Source: Bacteroidales bacterium (lineage in GTDB: Bacteria; Bacteroidota; Bacteroidia; Bacteroidales; UBA932). From it: a stretch of DNA of 57,535 bases. The stretch is from contig JAFZBM010000123.1 in NCBI GenBank assembly GCA_017561765.1, positions 1 through 57,535 of the forward strand, in the 5' to 3' direction. The notes under the pieces were generated by a model. That model was not told where the DNA came from and did no database searches. It worked only from the letters and a program-made list of their open reading frames with translations. A program made the translations under genes and the position numbers. Below are positions 17,701 to 26,922 of this stretch, piece by piece (within the stretch, counting starts at the first letter, position 1; each line of letters starts with the position of its first letter).

Positions 17701-20700
17701 AGCCTCCGAAAGCCTCGTACTGCGTCCGGGCGTTCAGCTTCTCGTAGGTCCCGGCGCCGGTCTTGGCCACGCCGGCATCCACCCACTGCCCGGTGATCTC
17801 GTCGAAGCGGTACATATCGTACTGCGAGGAACCGTAGGACGCATCCGCCTGCGTCACCCAGTAGAAGCGCGAGCGGTCCACATCCTCGGAGAGACGGAGC
17901 TGCGTCAACGTACCGGCGAACCAGCTGACCCGCTGGTGGTGCAGGTAGCAGAAGTTGAAGAAATTGCGGAACGCGGCGAGGGCGTTCGCGCTGTTCGGTG
18001 CCTTGGTCGTTGAATCCGTCGTGCCGAAGCCGAAGTTCAGCTGCTTCTGGCCGTTGTACATATACGCCTCCTCCGAGGCGTCATAGGTGATGTCATCGTT
18101 CCACGGGATGCGGAACAGGGCCAGCGGACGGTCATTGTTCGCGCCCTCCAGCATCAGCATATCGGGGGTGGTGTTCTTATTGAATCCGAACGTATTCTTG
18201 TCGCCCTTGCCCGCGCCCCACGTCATCAGGTACTTGAACACCCAAGGGTCGTTCTCTGTCTCCCGGTGGAAGAACAGGTATGGCTCCTCATACACCGCGA
18301 GGCGGGCGTTCGGGTATCTGGCGAGCTGGCCGGGCTGCGACATCACGCCCATCGACACGAGGCGCTTGAACACCTCCGTATAGATCTTGCACAGGCCCAT
18401 CTTGTGGCCCTGCATCGACGAGGCGAAGTTGATCTTGCCGTTGAGCTTCGTGGCCAGCGGCTCGCCGGTGGCGGGCTGGTAGCCGCCGCTCGACTGGATG
18501 GCGGCAGACGGGTCGAGTTCCGGGATGAAGCGGCTGTCCTCGGTGGTCTTCTGCTGCTGGTTCCAGTCGAAATAGGTCATCGCCGTCGTGCCCTGGCCGC
18601 TGTTCTCCAAATCCGTGAGCTTGCCGGACAGGGCGGTATCGCCCGGCCGGTGTATGTCGAGCGTGTTGCCGGTGGACTTTCCCTTGTTCTCATCGCCGTA
18701 CTTGGCGAGGTGGCCCGTGAGGCCGAGGACATTGTATTTCTCCTTGGCCTTGTTGAAGTCGATGGCGCCATTGTCGCCGAGGATGTCGTTCGCATCGGCG
18801 AAGGCTATCTTCTCGGCCACGGTCGGCAGGGAGGCCTTGTAGTCGTTCATCACCTCCTCGGTGGAGAGGGCCTTGCGGTACACGCGGACCTCGAATACGT
18901 CGAGGTCGGATGTCGTGTTGCCGAGCACCATCGAAATGTCGTCGCCGACGAAGATGTCGTTGACGGCGTAGGTGAACTCCCGTTCGATGCGGTCGTTGAT
19001 GAAGATGCGGACGTAGTTCAGGCCGCGCAATCCATAGACCACGTTGACAGTAAGCCGTGTGCGCACCCCCTCCGCCCACGTGACGTTCTGGTCGTCGAGC
19101 GCTCTCTTGCGCTGGGTGAGCAGGTATGCCTCCTTGGGCAGCATTTCGAAGCCCCAGGCCTTGCCGTCGGCTGCGAACGTGCCGCACATCTTGATGACCG
19201 GCTCGTCATCGTCGAGGACATTGTTCGTGCGGAAGTCAACCTCTATGGTGACGTGCCTGCCGGTGCTGGCCCCGTCCATAAAGTCCGCGAAGGGGTTGTA
19301 CCCGATTGTCAGCCTCCGGCCGGCCGGGATATGCAGGGCGCGGACGGTCTCGGCGTTCGCCGCCGTGGAATCCACATCCTTGTTCACGTCCATCCACCCG
19401 TCCGACACCATGCCGAAGCCCTCCCACGTGGACGGGACGAGGGAGCCGGTCGCCTTGTTGACAATGGTCTTAGGCGTAGCCTCGCTGTTGGCGCGGTCTG
19501 ACGGCTGGAGGATGAAGTCGGCCCCGGCCGTCGGGGAGAACGCCGTGGAGTTGGCGAATGTGAAGAACACCGGCGCCGCGAGCGCGTTGCCGCTGGTGTC
19601 CTCGATGTGCATATATGCGTAGAACTCCTCCACCGTGGGATCGTCCAGCTCGATGCCGAGCTGCGTGGCAAGATCATACTCCACGTTGACCGCCGCCTGC
19701 TGCGTCCATGTGGCATATACCTTCGAGCTGTCGGCAGAATCCACGAGGCGGAAGCGGACGGCCATCGCGGTATTGGAGGACCACTTAAAGAAGCTGACTT
19801 CCGTCCAGTTGTCGAGGTGGTCGTTGACGTTGTTGACGGCGACCGCCGGGGAGACGGAGCCGTTGGCGACCATATACTGCGATTCCACCCAATCCGTCTT
19901 GACGGTTTCAGACACGTAAAGACGTGCGCGAACGGTATGCACCCCGTTCGCCATCAGGACGGCCATCATATCCGCGTTGTCGAACGTGAAGGTGACGCCG
20001 GTTGACATATTCGTGGCAGACCCGAGGCTGCGGGAGCAACCCGGATCATTGTTCAGGTAGGAGTAAAGAGCCGTAAATCCGCTGCCCGTGCCTGTTCCGA
20101 ACTGGAACTGGAGGGTCTTGGCGATGGCACCGCCCACGAGGTAGTTCAGCGAGAGCGTGCTGCCGGTCATCGGGACGGAGAAGGGCGTGTTGGGGACCAG
20201 CGCCAGCGCGACGACGTTGAGCGTGAAGCTGCGCCAGATGGACGAGGCGTATTCGCCGACGGCGCGGATGCGCACGTAGTTCATCCCGCTGAACAGGTAC
20301 GGCTGAAGATTGATTTCCGTCCATCCCGAGGCGTTCGCCGCGATGGAGAACGATGCGCGTGTGACCCACGCGCCGCTGTTGCTGGTACGGGACTGCAATA
20401 CGATCTGCACGTCCTCCTGAACGTTGTCGGTACCGCCGGTGGCATAGGCGACGGTGGACGAAGCCTTGACGGCGATGGATACGGCGGCTGACGCCTGGAT
20501 GCTGTCCGGGGTCTCGCGGAGCGTGAGGCCCACGGTGTAGAGGTCGTTCTGCTCGATGGACGGAAGGGTGGCGGAGGTAACGAGGTATTCGGCCCCGGCC
20601 TCGCCCCATTTCTGCTCGTCCGTAAGAGCGGCCCACGCCAGATATCCGTCCTCGTCGGCAAACCCGGCCATCACGTTCGACGTGCCGTCCGAGCCTGTGA

Positions 20701-20827
20701 CTACGCGGGTATATCCGACCTTCTCGCCGAAGGTCTTCTTGATGAAAGCCTGGACGCGCGAGCCGACGTAATTCTGCCACGGTACATCCATACTGGTTAT
20801 TTCCTGGTTAATCTTCTGCCTTGCCAT
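14717..20827 (-). CDS. Giant DGR target 1 (probable receptor-binding/tail protein, C-terminal CLec-type variable domain)
   Basis: 2036 aa ending in VR1 (YWSSTE...AW...ARPV); LamG-like, CotH-like and LRR-like segments recognised by eye. Confidence 0.85.
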   Translation of the reverse strand: MARQKINQEITSMDVPWQNYVGSRVQAFIKKTFGEKVGYTRVVTGSDGTSNVMAGFADEDGYLAWAALTDEQKWGEAGAEYLVTSATLPSIEQNDLYTVGLTLRETPDSIQASAAVSIAVKASSTVAYATGGTDNVQEDVQIVLQSRTSNSGAWVTRASFSIAANASGWTEINLQPYLFSGMNYVRIRAVGEYASSIWRSFTLNVVALALVPNTPFSVPMTGSTLSLNYLVGGAIAKTLQFQFGTGTGSGFTALYSYLNNDPGCSRSLGSATNMSTGVTFTFDNADMMAVLMANGVHTVRARLYVSETVKTDWVESQYMVANGSVSPAVAVNNVNDHLDNWTEVSFFKWSSNTAMAVRFRLVDSADSSKVYATWTQQAAVNVEYDLATQLGIELDDPTVEEFYAYMHIEDTSGNALAAPVFFTFANSTAFSPTAGADFILQPSDRANSEATPKTIVNKATGSLVPSTWEGFGMVSDGWMDVNKDVDSTAANAETVRALHIPAGRRLTIGYNPFADFMDGASTGRHVTIEVDFRTNNVLDDDEPVIKMCGTFAADGKAWGFEMLPKEAYLLTQRKRALDDQNVTWAEGVRTRLTVNVVYGLRGLNYVRIFINDRIEREFTYAVNDIFVGDDISMVLGNTTSDLDVFEVRVYRKALSTEEVMNDYKASLPTVAEKIAFADANDILGDNGAIDFNKAKEKYNVLGLTGHLAKYGDENKGKSTGNTLDIHRPGDTALSGKLTDLENSGQGTTAMTYFDWNQQQKTTEDSRFIPELDPSAAIQSSGGYQPATGEPLATKLNGKINFASSMQGHKMGLCKIYTEVFKRLVSMGVMSQPGQLARYPNARLAVYEEPYLFFHRETENDPWVFKYLMTWGAGKGDKNTFGFNKNTTPDMLMLEGANNDRPLALFRIPWNDDITYDASEEAYMYNGQKQLNFGFGTTDSTTKAPNSANALAAFRNFFNFCYLHHQRVSWFAGTLTQLRLSEDVDRSRFYWVTQADASYGSSQYDMYRFDEITGQWVDAGVAKTGAGTYEKLNARTQYEAFGGSTAWTQGQWETANNMLVAQRTAHFKTNAGTYMHVDDCLYHSCLVKFFAGTDNRAKNTYYYTDPVTCKIRHEQDDVDTIIKTNNVGQNRKPYYVEEHDTNAAGEFYWQGEESGYYNLLETAFEDEFTAMMNNVLSAMAAIGGSVMEYLESRMLEAQDYFPGIAYNEMARLVYENASVAQEAGEYVNTSVQAITQSCGSQRWSEYDWLKNRVMYISSWCEYGEFAGSSAAANGLSWRGKNGAVYNFKLKTAKWLYPRVGSDSGNYPASQSGRRVRVPAGQTIDYPAITLSSDSWISIRGINYFLDLGDMNVGVSADQGAFVFYGKLLQKIEVNPDGEDANQLLASSIGIANATNIRSIKIRGVTTATGEINLSKCSRLESIDLRGSTFPLVELPASERLATVHFPASLTTLRIDAQPNLQTVDFEGVDYLSTIYVDQAKAGSFNTGLLALNIYNAKRDSPNALSSVRFFNVDWTGVRADMLMFYATTSTCEITGDIAMLAASNDRYLLFSEIQALARRFGNFQSAANSVYIDYPKRTITGFNIKGLKYIKQTGAFNGWRLNILPSTGNNVAIVGGKEAVSWAFVGENAAQAASYAVFTDTVEGALNVLQLSDPSLDLTFTVRVTITLTDGSAVTFDKKVGFYNRIPKVGDFAYVDGTFDDEYDPSKTLSGAATKVTKVDDDNYDVEVYAKENAVVTSSDGSTINTSSLPWGIYPDASGANGFPSSFTDTVRDAAQLSSAIDTPVSNYTTSGIPNADNSSTDYRYIRNSFLDAAQDDGYAVLNSGAASKFNGKAANDAIVNHAKAIIQGYLMETYPNVEDIKVPTTPTELADAMVALVAQNSEATSPNRYRQLFYPAAFAAYLYRPEVAEGEELDEQYARTKWHLPALGTLARIYNFFYNSCGRVTYENGGRISVNYANETPESEALLPLFANLLQRIRRVTNTNPFTMPTNSNYWSSTEFSSTGAWIVTGNSGYVNSNTKYGSYVARPVAVFRFHL
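14737..14856 (-). repeat. DGR variable repeat VR1
   Basis: 15 mismatches to TR in 120 nt, 13 of them at TR adenines. Confidence 0.95.
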
Positions 20828-20847
20828 AGTTCTCTTGTTTATGCTGG

Positions 20848-21021
20848 TTAATCATCGCTCCACGCGTCGTCATCGAGCCACGGGTATTCGTCGATCCATA
20901 TTCCGGAGCCGAAGCAGGACCTGATGGCCTGCCATACGAGACGAGCCCCGGCATACACGGCGGTGATAACCCGCCCTGCTACGTATATCCCGCTCGTTTC
21001 CCTTCCGTTCTTGTATATCAT
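20848..21021 (-). CDS. 57-aa tail adaptor-like protein
   Basis: Hand-translated MIYKNGRETSGIYVAGRVITAVYAGARLVWQAIRSCFGSGIW...; fills the gap between tail genes. Confidence 0.65.
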   Translation of the reverse strand: MIYKNGRETSGIYVAGRVITAVYAGARLVWQAIRSCFGSGIWIDEYPWLDDDAWSDD

Positions 21022-21035
21022 TGCGCCTTGCCTCC

Positions 21036-21692
21036 TTATTCGTCTTCATAGGTCATATAAATCTTGTTCGGGTCTGGATTCTGCAAGGCCTCGTACTGCG
21101 CTTCCGTCAGCAGCACGTGCATTGACGGCAGTCCGGCGAGGAAAGCCTTGTATTGCTCCTCCGTGCCCTGATATCCGCCCTCCGTAGCCAGCTGATAGGC
21201 GCTCTTGCCGTTGGTCGGCAGGTAAATCTTCGTATAGATCGTCGAGGACGTATTGTTCGTGTAGGATATGACCGTCTTCGACCAGAGCCACTTTCCGGCG
21301 GTCATCGTCGGAAGTGAGTTTTCCCACGATGACGGCAGGGTATCCTGCGCGTCGGACAGGCCATAGCTGACGACAGAAGACGACACGCCGACACCGTCGT
21401 TGCCGTCATTCCCCTTCAGGGCGGCAAGCTGGGCCTGCGTAAAGTCTGCATACGTGAACGGTGCTCCCTGGTCGCCACGGGACACCACGCCGGAATCGAC
21501 ATAGGTACCGGCTGACATCGACCAGATGAACCAATGGCCGTTCTCGCCGATGTACGGAGGCCTGGTCACAGCGGATAGCGGGACCTTCACGGAGCGGCCC
21601 TGCGCGTCCGTGGCTATGGTATAGAGACCCTCGAAGGTCGTTGCCGGCGGGAGGGTGCTTATCGGTTGCAGTTCGGCGTTTTCAATAAGCAT
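21036..21692 (-). CDS. Short tail fibre / connector protein
   Basis: Collagen-like GDQG/GNDGNDG, GKSAYQLA motif, C-terminal LTEAQYEALQNPDPNKIY. Confidence 0.65.
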   Translation of the reverse strand: MLIENAELQPISTLPPATTFEGLYTIATDAQGRSVKVPLSAVTRPPYIGENGHWFIWSMSAGTYVDSGVVSRGDQGAPFTYADFTQAQLAALKGNDGNDGVGVSSSVVSYGLSDAQDTLPSSWENSLPTMTAGKWLWSKTVISYTNNTSSTIYTKIYLPTNGKSAYQLATEGGYQGTEEQYKAFLAGLPSMHVLLTEAQYEALQNPDPNKIYMTYEDE

Positions 21693-21706
21693 AGCGCATC
21701 AGTTAT

Positions 21707-22762
21707 TTACATTCCTGGAATGATGGGGATTATCTTCCCGTCCTCGGTGATGACGAAGCCGCCATCCTCAGTCGAGAGAAAAAAACTCACGTCCCCCTCC
21801 TCCTGGAACAGCGTGAGCGTGAAGTTGAACTGAATCCAAGTGAGGCCGTCGCGGCAGACGAAGTCTTCCACCCGTTGCGTCTTGTAGAAGCACTTGAACG
21901 TCTTGCCGAGTGCGCGGATGAGGATTTGACGCGCACCGCGAAGCGTGGGGTCGGAGCTGCTGGCGGCTTTCGTCAGGTCGTAGAGCAGGGCGTCGTAATT
22001 GCGCCAGGCATCGGCCGGCGTGGAGGTCTTGAGCAGGCATTTGAGCGTGATGTCGCGACCCTTGTAGGTGACGGTCCCCCGGGACTTGCTGCGCTTCCAG
22101 TTGGCCGCAACGCCGTCGAATGAGCCGCCGATGGTCTCGAACTCATCGCTGCTGAAAGAGCTGTCCGCGTCGTTCAGCGTAGGGTTCTCGTCGTACTTTG
22201 CACCGCTGATGACCGAAGACTTGCGGATGAGCAGGGGCTTGACGTCCGCGCCCTTGATGACGGATCCGATGGTGCCTTGTAGGACGCGGATGCCGTAGTC
22301 GGAGAGCGGCCGGCCGTCGATCACGTAGTCCCGTTTCTCCGGGAGCGAGGATTGCGGCTCGGCATAGGTATAGCCCTCCAGCGGTATGTCGGCGGCGAAG
22401 CGGACGTGCAGGAGGTGGAACGTGCGGGCATACTGCAAGCTTGGCATCGATTCGAGGCGCAGGGTCGCGCTTCGGCCTATGCCCGTGAAGCTGAATACGT
22501 GCGTTGGACGGGAGCCGAGGAACTGGTAGAAAGAATCGATGTCGGCGACCGAACCCTTCAAGATGAATTTCAGCGTCACGGTCTTCGATTCCAGCAGGGG
22601 ATTGGAAAGGTCCGGCTCGTAGCCGTCCATCTCCTGCCAGTCGTTGCCGCCGACGGTTTTCATATCCGGCCACTGGATGAGCGTGTTGTAAGCGCCTCTC
22701 TCCAGAATCACGTTGTAGGTGCTGCGGATGTCCGTGCCGTCTATGGTAATGCCGTGTATCAT
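21707..22762 (-). CDS. Distal tail (Dit-like) protein
   Basis: Immediately after the tape measure gene; two related halves each starting with IDG. Confidence 0.6.
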   Translation of the reverse strand: MIHGITIDGTDIRSTYNVILERGAYNTLIQWPDMKTVGGNDWQEMDGYEPDLSNPLLESKTVTLKFILKGSVADIDSFYQFLGSRPTHVFSFTGIGRSATLRLESMPSLQYARTFHLLHVRFAADIPLEGYTYAEPQSSLPEKRDYVIDGRPLSDYGIRVLQGTIGSVIKGADVKPLLIRKSSVISGAKYDENPTLNDADSSFSSDEFETIGGSFDGVAANWKRSKSRGTVTYKGRDITLKCLLKTSTPADAWRNYDALLYDLTKAASSSDPTLRGARQILIRALGKTFKCFYKTQRVEDFVCRDGLTWIQFNFTLTLFQEEGDVSFFLSTEDGGFVITEDGKIIPIIPGM

Positions 22763-25700
22763 ATCGCCTTCACTCCTCTGTCAACGATGGTTCCCACATT
22801 GTTCTTGATGGTTCCGGCCAGATTGCGGACCTCGGCGAGGGTCTCACGCATAGCGTCCGTGTCGGAATGGATGCCCTGAACGTGCTCCAGCAGGGCGGCG
22901 CTGTTCGCCACAAGCTGCGCGTGCTGGTTGCGCATCTCTTTGACGTTCTCGTTAAGCTCGAAGGTATGGCCTTGGACGGTGGTCAGGCGGGCGTTGCTCT
23001 CGTCAACGCTTTCTTGCGTATAGCCAAGAGCGGATTTAGTTGCCGCCTTTCTGGTGGATTCATCCGTTTCAGAAAGGTCAAATCCATTCGCCAACGCCCA
23101 GGCTTTATATTCTTCAGCTACGGCAGTACCGGCCTCGAACATTTTGTGAATACCACCGAAAATGCTCCCCACGATATTGCGCATCTCTGACTGTATTTCC
23201 TGCGGAGAACCGAGGCCGTAGGCATTCCGCATCTGGTCGCGGAACTGCTCAAGGTATTCTGTCACGACCATCTGCTGTAAGAATTCCTTTCCTAATTTGG
23301 ATACGTATTTGCTTCCGAGTTGACCAAATTGCTCCAGCGCATTTCCACCACCATTCACGACGCTGTCCCAGATGATATCAGTGATTTCTGAACCGAGGTC
23401 TTTGAAAGTATTGGAGATAGAATCGTCAATGTACTTTGATGCTTCCTCATAGGCCTCTTTTTGCTCTATGAGCAATTGGAGCTGCTTTCTCTGTTCATCT
23501 GTGATTTGGGTGTTGGTCTCAAGGAACAACTTGGCCGCATCAACATTGAACTCCCCGTTGACGGGATCACCGCCCCAAAGCTCAGGTGCGAGGTCCGAAA
23601 GCCGCTGATATCTGTCAAAGAATCCTGTCAGGCTCTTATATGTCCTGACAACCATATCTCGCACATCGCCGCCAAACTTTTGCTTGCCGGCATATTTCAT
23701 TACTCGATCGTAGTCGAAGTAATCCTTTTCCGAACGACCACCCCAGATAGAGCCAACCTCTTTATACTGTTCCTGATATTGGCGGAGTGCTTCGCCCATT
23801 TTTTTGTATGCATCAGCGGTTGCCTCAATGCTCTTCCTTCCAAAGATGGTATCAAAATCTTCTGATTTCAGTTTGGAAAGAAAGAGAGCATATTTTGCGA
23901 GAAAATCCTGCCTGTCATACCAGACGTGAGAATCTTCTTCATTCAAACTTTCGGATAGATTCTTGAAGAATTTTCCGGCTGTATAAAGATATGCGATTGC
24001 GCCCGCTATTGCCGAGCCGTAGCTGCCCTCTCCAGCCTCTGCTGCCTCGAAAGCGCTGATTGCGTTAGAAGCGGAATTCACGACGCTTCCGACATTCTGA
24101 AGAACAGCCGAAAGGCGCTCCCCACGTTCGCCGAATAACGTCATTAGGTCAGAAACGGAAGATGCTATGCTTTGGATTTGAGCGTTGCTCTCATTAACGG
24201 CGCTGCTCATCTGCCCGGCTGCTTTTCTCTTCGCTGCGTCATCCCCGGATTCCATTGCCTTCTGATACTCATTATATGCTTTTTTCAGCGCCTCAAAAGG
24301 GTTCCTCCGCATAACTTCCTCCCTGGCATTCTTGATGGCCGCAAGGTAGTTCTTCAGGTCTTCGGATGAAAGGTTCTGGGTTGTGTTGAGCAGATCTTCT
24401 GCCGTATCAATGTAGGTCGTGAGCAATTCAGTTGTGAAGAGCGAAAGGTCGCCCATCAGCTTCTTGAATACATCCGTCTCAGCCAACTCTTCTGCTTTGA
24501 GGGATGATAGCGCTTTCTTCCTTTCTTTCTCGGCCTTTTCGATATTCGACGCATCCTTTACAGGATCCATCTTGGCTATCTTCTCGTCATACTCGCGGTT
24601 GATACGCTCCTCCGCCTGCTTGTATGTCTCGAACTCGCGGAGAAGGTCAAGGTATGCCTGCATCTGATCACTCGCATTCTTGGCTGATTCATCATTGATT
24701 TTATCGGTCGTGACTTTGAATTTCGCCTCAATGTTGTCGCAAGTCTGATTGTACAGGTCGGATGCAGTCTGTAGCTGCTCGTCAAGGGCCGTGGTGTCCC
24801 AGCCGTTCTTCTGCCACTCTATACGTCTGGCTGCGACTTCTTTCTCCGTTGCTTCATAAGCAGCAAGAGCATCAGCCTTTTCTTGCTCATAATTGAACTT
24901 TGCCAGGTCGCGTTTTGCCCTGAAGTATGTCTCCCAATCTTCCCGGCTTTTAGCAACGTCGATTTCCGCATTGAAAGAATCGCGGACACCTTCTCTCTGT
25001 TCGGAAGTCAACTGCTTCTTGAAATTTTCCGTCTGCTTGAGAATTTCGGCAAGGGCATCCTCGTATGTCTTCGTTGTAGCATCTGTTGTGTTACGTACAA
25101 CAGTAGGCAGGCCCTTCAAAAGGTCGGCCGCTATATTGTTTTGAGAAATACCATTCTTGATGAGATCATCTGCTTCTTTCTCCAGCTGGCTCGCCTCATT
25201 CAGCAGATCCTGACGATTCTTCTCAATGAAATCGGCCCGCATCGCCTCTTGCTGGTCGACGTCAGCAGCGCCATTACTTCCGGCAAGGCCGATAATCATG
25301 TTTTGATACCATTTCGTTCCGGCATTTTCTGCCGCAAGACGTAGTTCAATGGCTTTGGCGTACTTGGTTTCGGCGAGGGATGCGTAGGCTGCGGCCTTTG
25401 CCCGGGCCATCATCGCATTTACAACGACATCGGAATTTTCAACGGCCACCTTTTCGTATGAGGTCACGTCGTCCACCTTGAACCCGAGTTTCTCCCACGC
25501 CTCACCATTTTTTTCTACGACAGCTTTCTGCCGCTCAAGGTCGCCGTTACACGCCTGCCATTCGGCTTGCAGGCGACGGTATTCTGCAAGCTGGGAAGCA
25601 ACGTTCTGTCCCACCTGGTCCCGCCATTTCTTCTGTTCCTCGCGAGCTTTCTTCTGCTCTTCGGTCAGTTTGCTTATGACGGCGATTGCCGCAATGACAG

Positions 25701-26634
25701 CGGCCCCACCAAGCAGAAGGAGGCCTGAATGCAGGCCGATTGCAGCCGCCCGGGCGAACTGCGCAGACGTTCCAAGGCGGAGCAGGCCGGTTGCTGTGCG
25801 CAGGTTCCACGTGTGCCACAGTTGCGTTGCCCTCGTGACGACAGTGACCCGGAATGCGGAGGTGGCATTGAGAGTATTCGCCATCTGCTGCATCCCCATC
25901 AGGATTGACATTGAGGATTGCAACTTCGTCTGGATGGCAATTAGCTTTTCCTGATCATCCGATAATGCCCCAAGAATACCGGATGCCGCCGTATAGGCCC
26001 CCATCATACCCTGAACACCACTCATCAACCCAGAAAAGACGGCTCCTGCCCCTTTTGCCATGTTTTGGCGCTCTATGGCAAACTGCCTTTCAACCTCAAC
26101 GAGCCTGCGCATCTGAGCCTCAAGATTCCGATATTCCTCGGTATCCTGCTTTTCTTCCAGACGGAGTTGCTTCATCTGGTTGGCAATGGTCATCATCTGG
26201 TTCCGGAAAGATGGAGCCGTATTGCTGGAGAAGGATTTATAGCGGGCCTCAAGTCCCTGCAACGATGCCTCTTCAAGGGCGATTTCCTGCCGTAGTTGCC
26301 TAAGCGCAGAACGCATCCCTTGGTTGCCGCTTCTGTTTGCGGCCGCAAGGGTGTCTCTGTACCGCAGCTTAAGTTCAGTCAGATAATCCTTCGTCTTGGA
26401 AATACCGTCCTTGAGTTCGTCAATCGTTCCATCGAAGGTGTCCCGGGATTTTTTGAACGCATCTTCAAGCGACTGGACGCTGTAACGCATCTTTCCCGCA
26501 AGTGTATCGACACCCTTGCCTGCCGAAGCTGCTGCGCGGTCTATGTTTCCGAACTCATCAATGACCGCCTGCCCGTCCCTTTTTATCTGGGATGTTTCGA
26601 GGCCTATGCCGTAATATGTTCCTTCATCAGACAT
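22759..26634 (-). CDS. Tape measure protein
   Basis: 1291 aa, helical and Ala-rich, hydrophobic segment, follows the tail chaperones. Confidence 0.85.
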   Translation of the reverse strand: MSDEGTYYGIGLETSQIKRDGQAVIDEFGNIDRAAASAGKGVDTLAGKMRYSVQSLEDAFKKSRDTFDGTIDELKDGISKTKDYLTELKLRYRDTLAAANRSGNQGMRSALRQLRQEIALEEASLQGLEARYKSFSSNTAPSFRNQMMTIANQMKQLRLEEKQDTEEYRNLEAQMRRLVEVERQFAIERQNMAKGAGAVFSGLMSGVQGMMGAYTAASGILGALSDDQEKLIAIQTKLQSSMSILMGMQQMANTLNATSAFRVTVVTRATQLWHTWNLRTATGLLRLGTSAQFARAAAIGLHSGLLLLGGAAVIAAIAVISKLTEEQKKAREEQKKWRDQVGQNVASQLAEYRRLQAEWQACNGDLERQKAVVEKNGEAWEKLGFKVDDVTSYEKVAVENSDVVVNAMMARAKAAAYASLAETKYAKAIELRLAAENAGTKWYQNMIIGLAGSNGAADVDQQEAMRADFIEKNRQDLLNEASQLEKEADDLIKNGISQNNIAADLLKGLPTVVRNTTDATTKTYEDALAEILKQTENFKKQLTSEQREGVRDSFNAEIDVAKSREDWETYFRAKRDLAKFNYEQEKADALAAYEATEKEVAARRIEWQKNGWDTTALDEQLQTASDLYNQTCDNIEAKFKVTTDKINDESAKNASDQMQAYLDLLREFETYKQAEERINREYDEKIAKMDPVKDASNIEKAEKERKKALSSLKAEELAETDVFKKLMGDLSLFTTELLTTYIDTAEDLLNTTQNLSSEDLKNYLAAIKNAREEVMRRNPFEALKKAYNEYQKAMESGDDAAKRKAAGQMSSAVNESNAQIQSIASSVSDLMTLFGERGERLSAVLQNVGSVVNSASNAISAFEAAEAGEGSYGSAIAGAIAYLYTAGKFFKNLSESLNEEDSHVWYDRQDFLAKYALFLSKLKSEDFDTIFGRKSIEATADAYKKMGEALRQYQEQYKEVGSIWGGRSEKDYFDYDRVMKYAGKQKFGGDVRDMVVRTYKSLTGFFDRYQRLSDLAPELWGGDPVNGEFNVDAAKLFLETNTQITDEQRKQLQLLIEQKEAYEEASKYIDDSISNTFKDLGSEITDIIWDSVVNGGGNALEQFGQLGSKYVSKLGKEFLQQMVVTEYLEQFRDQMRNAYGLGSPQEIQSEMRNIVGSIFGGIHKMFEAGTAVAEEYKAWALANGFDLSETDESTRKAATKSALGYTQESVDESNARLTTVQGHTFELNENVKEMRNQHAQLVANSAALLEHVQGIHSDTDAMRETLAEVRNLAGTIKNNVGTIVDRGVKAI

Positions 26635-26637
26635 CGC

Positions 26638-26922
26638 TTATAGGTGATCAAAGTTGCTTGGGTCATTGGCATCGAGGCTATCATCCCATTTATCATCCTT
26701 CTTCGAAGAGTCAAAGTCATATGTCGGGAGGGTGGAACTGAAAAGAAGGAGTTGCTGGTAACTGTGTTCGTACAGGACTTCCCTGATGCTCATTCCGAGC
26801 CCCTTTGACATACCAAGGATAATTGCCCAAATGCTGTCATTGTCTATTGTTCCACTTCCTCCGTCTTTGTCCTCCGCAGAATGTTTACCTCGATCAGGGA
26901 AGTGGTAAGCCCGAAAAAAAAA
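26638..26922 (-). CDS. Tail chaperone extension (gpT-like frame reached by -1 frameshift)
   Basis: -1 frame open from the T9 run (26914-26922) to TAA at 26638: ...DSIWAIILGMSKGLG... Confidence 0.65.
   Translation of the reverse strand, partial: FFFRAYHFPDRGKHSAEDKDGGSGTIDNDSIWAIILGMSKGLGMSIREVLYEHSYQQLLLFSSTLPTYDFDSSKKDDKWDDSLDANDPSNFDHL

Noticed and set aside
8697-19501. Long plus-strand ORFs such as 8697-9647, 14579-15436 and 18266-19501
   Set aside because: Antisense shadows of GC-rich minus-strand genes, with no recognisable motifs
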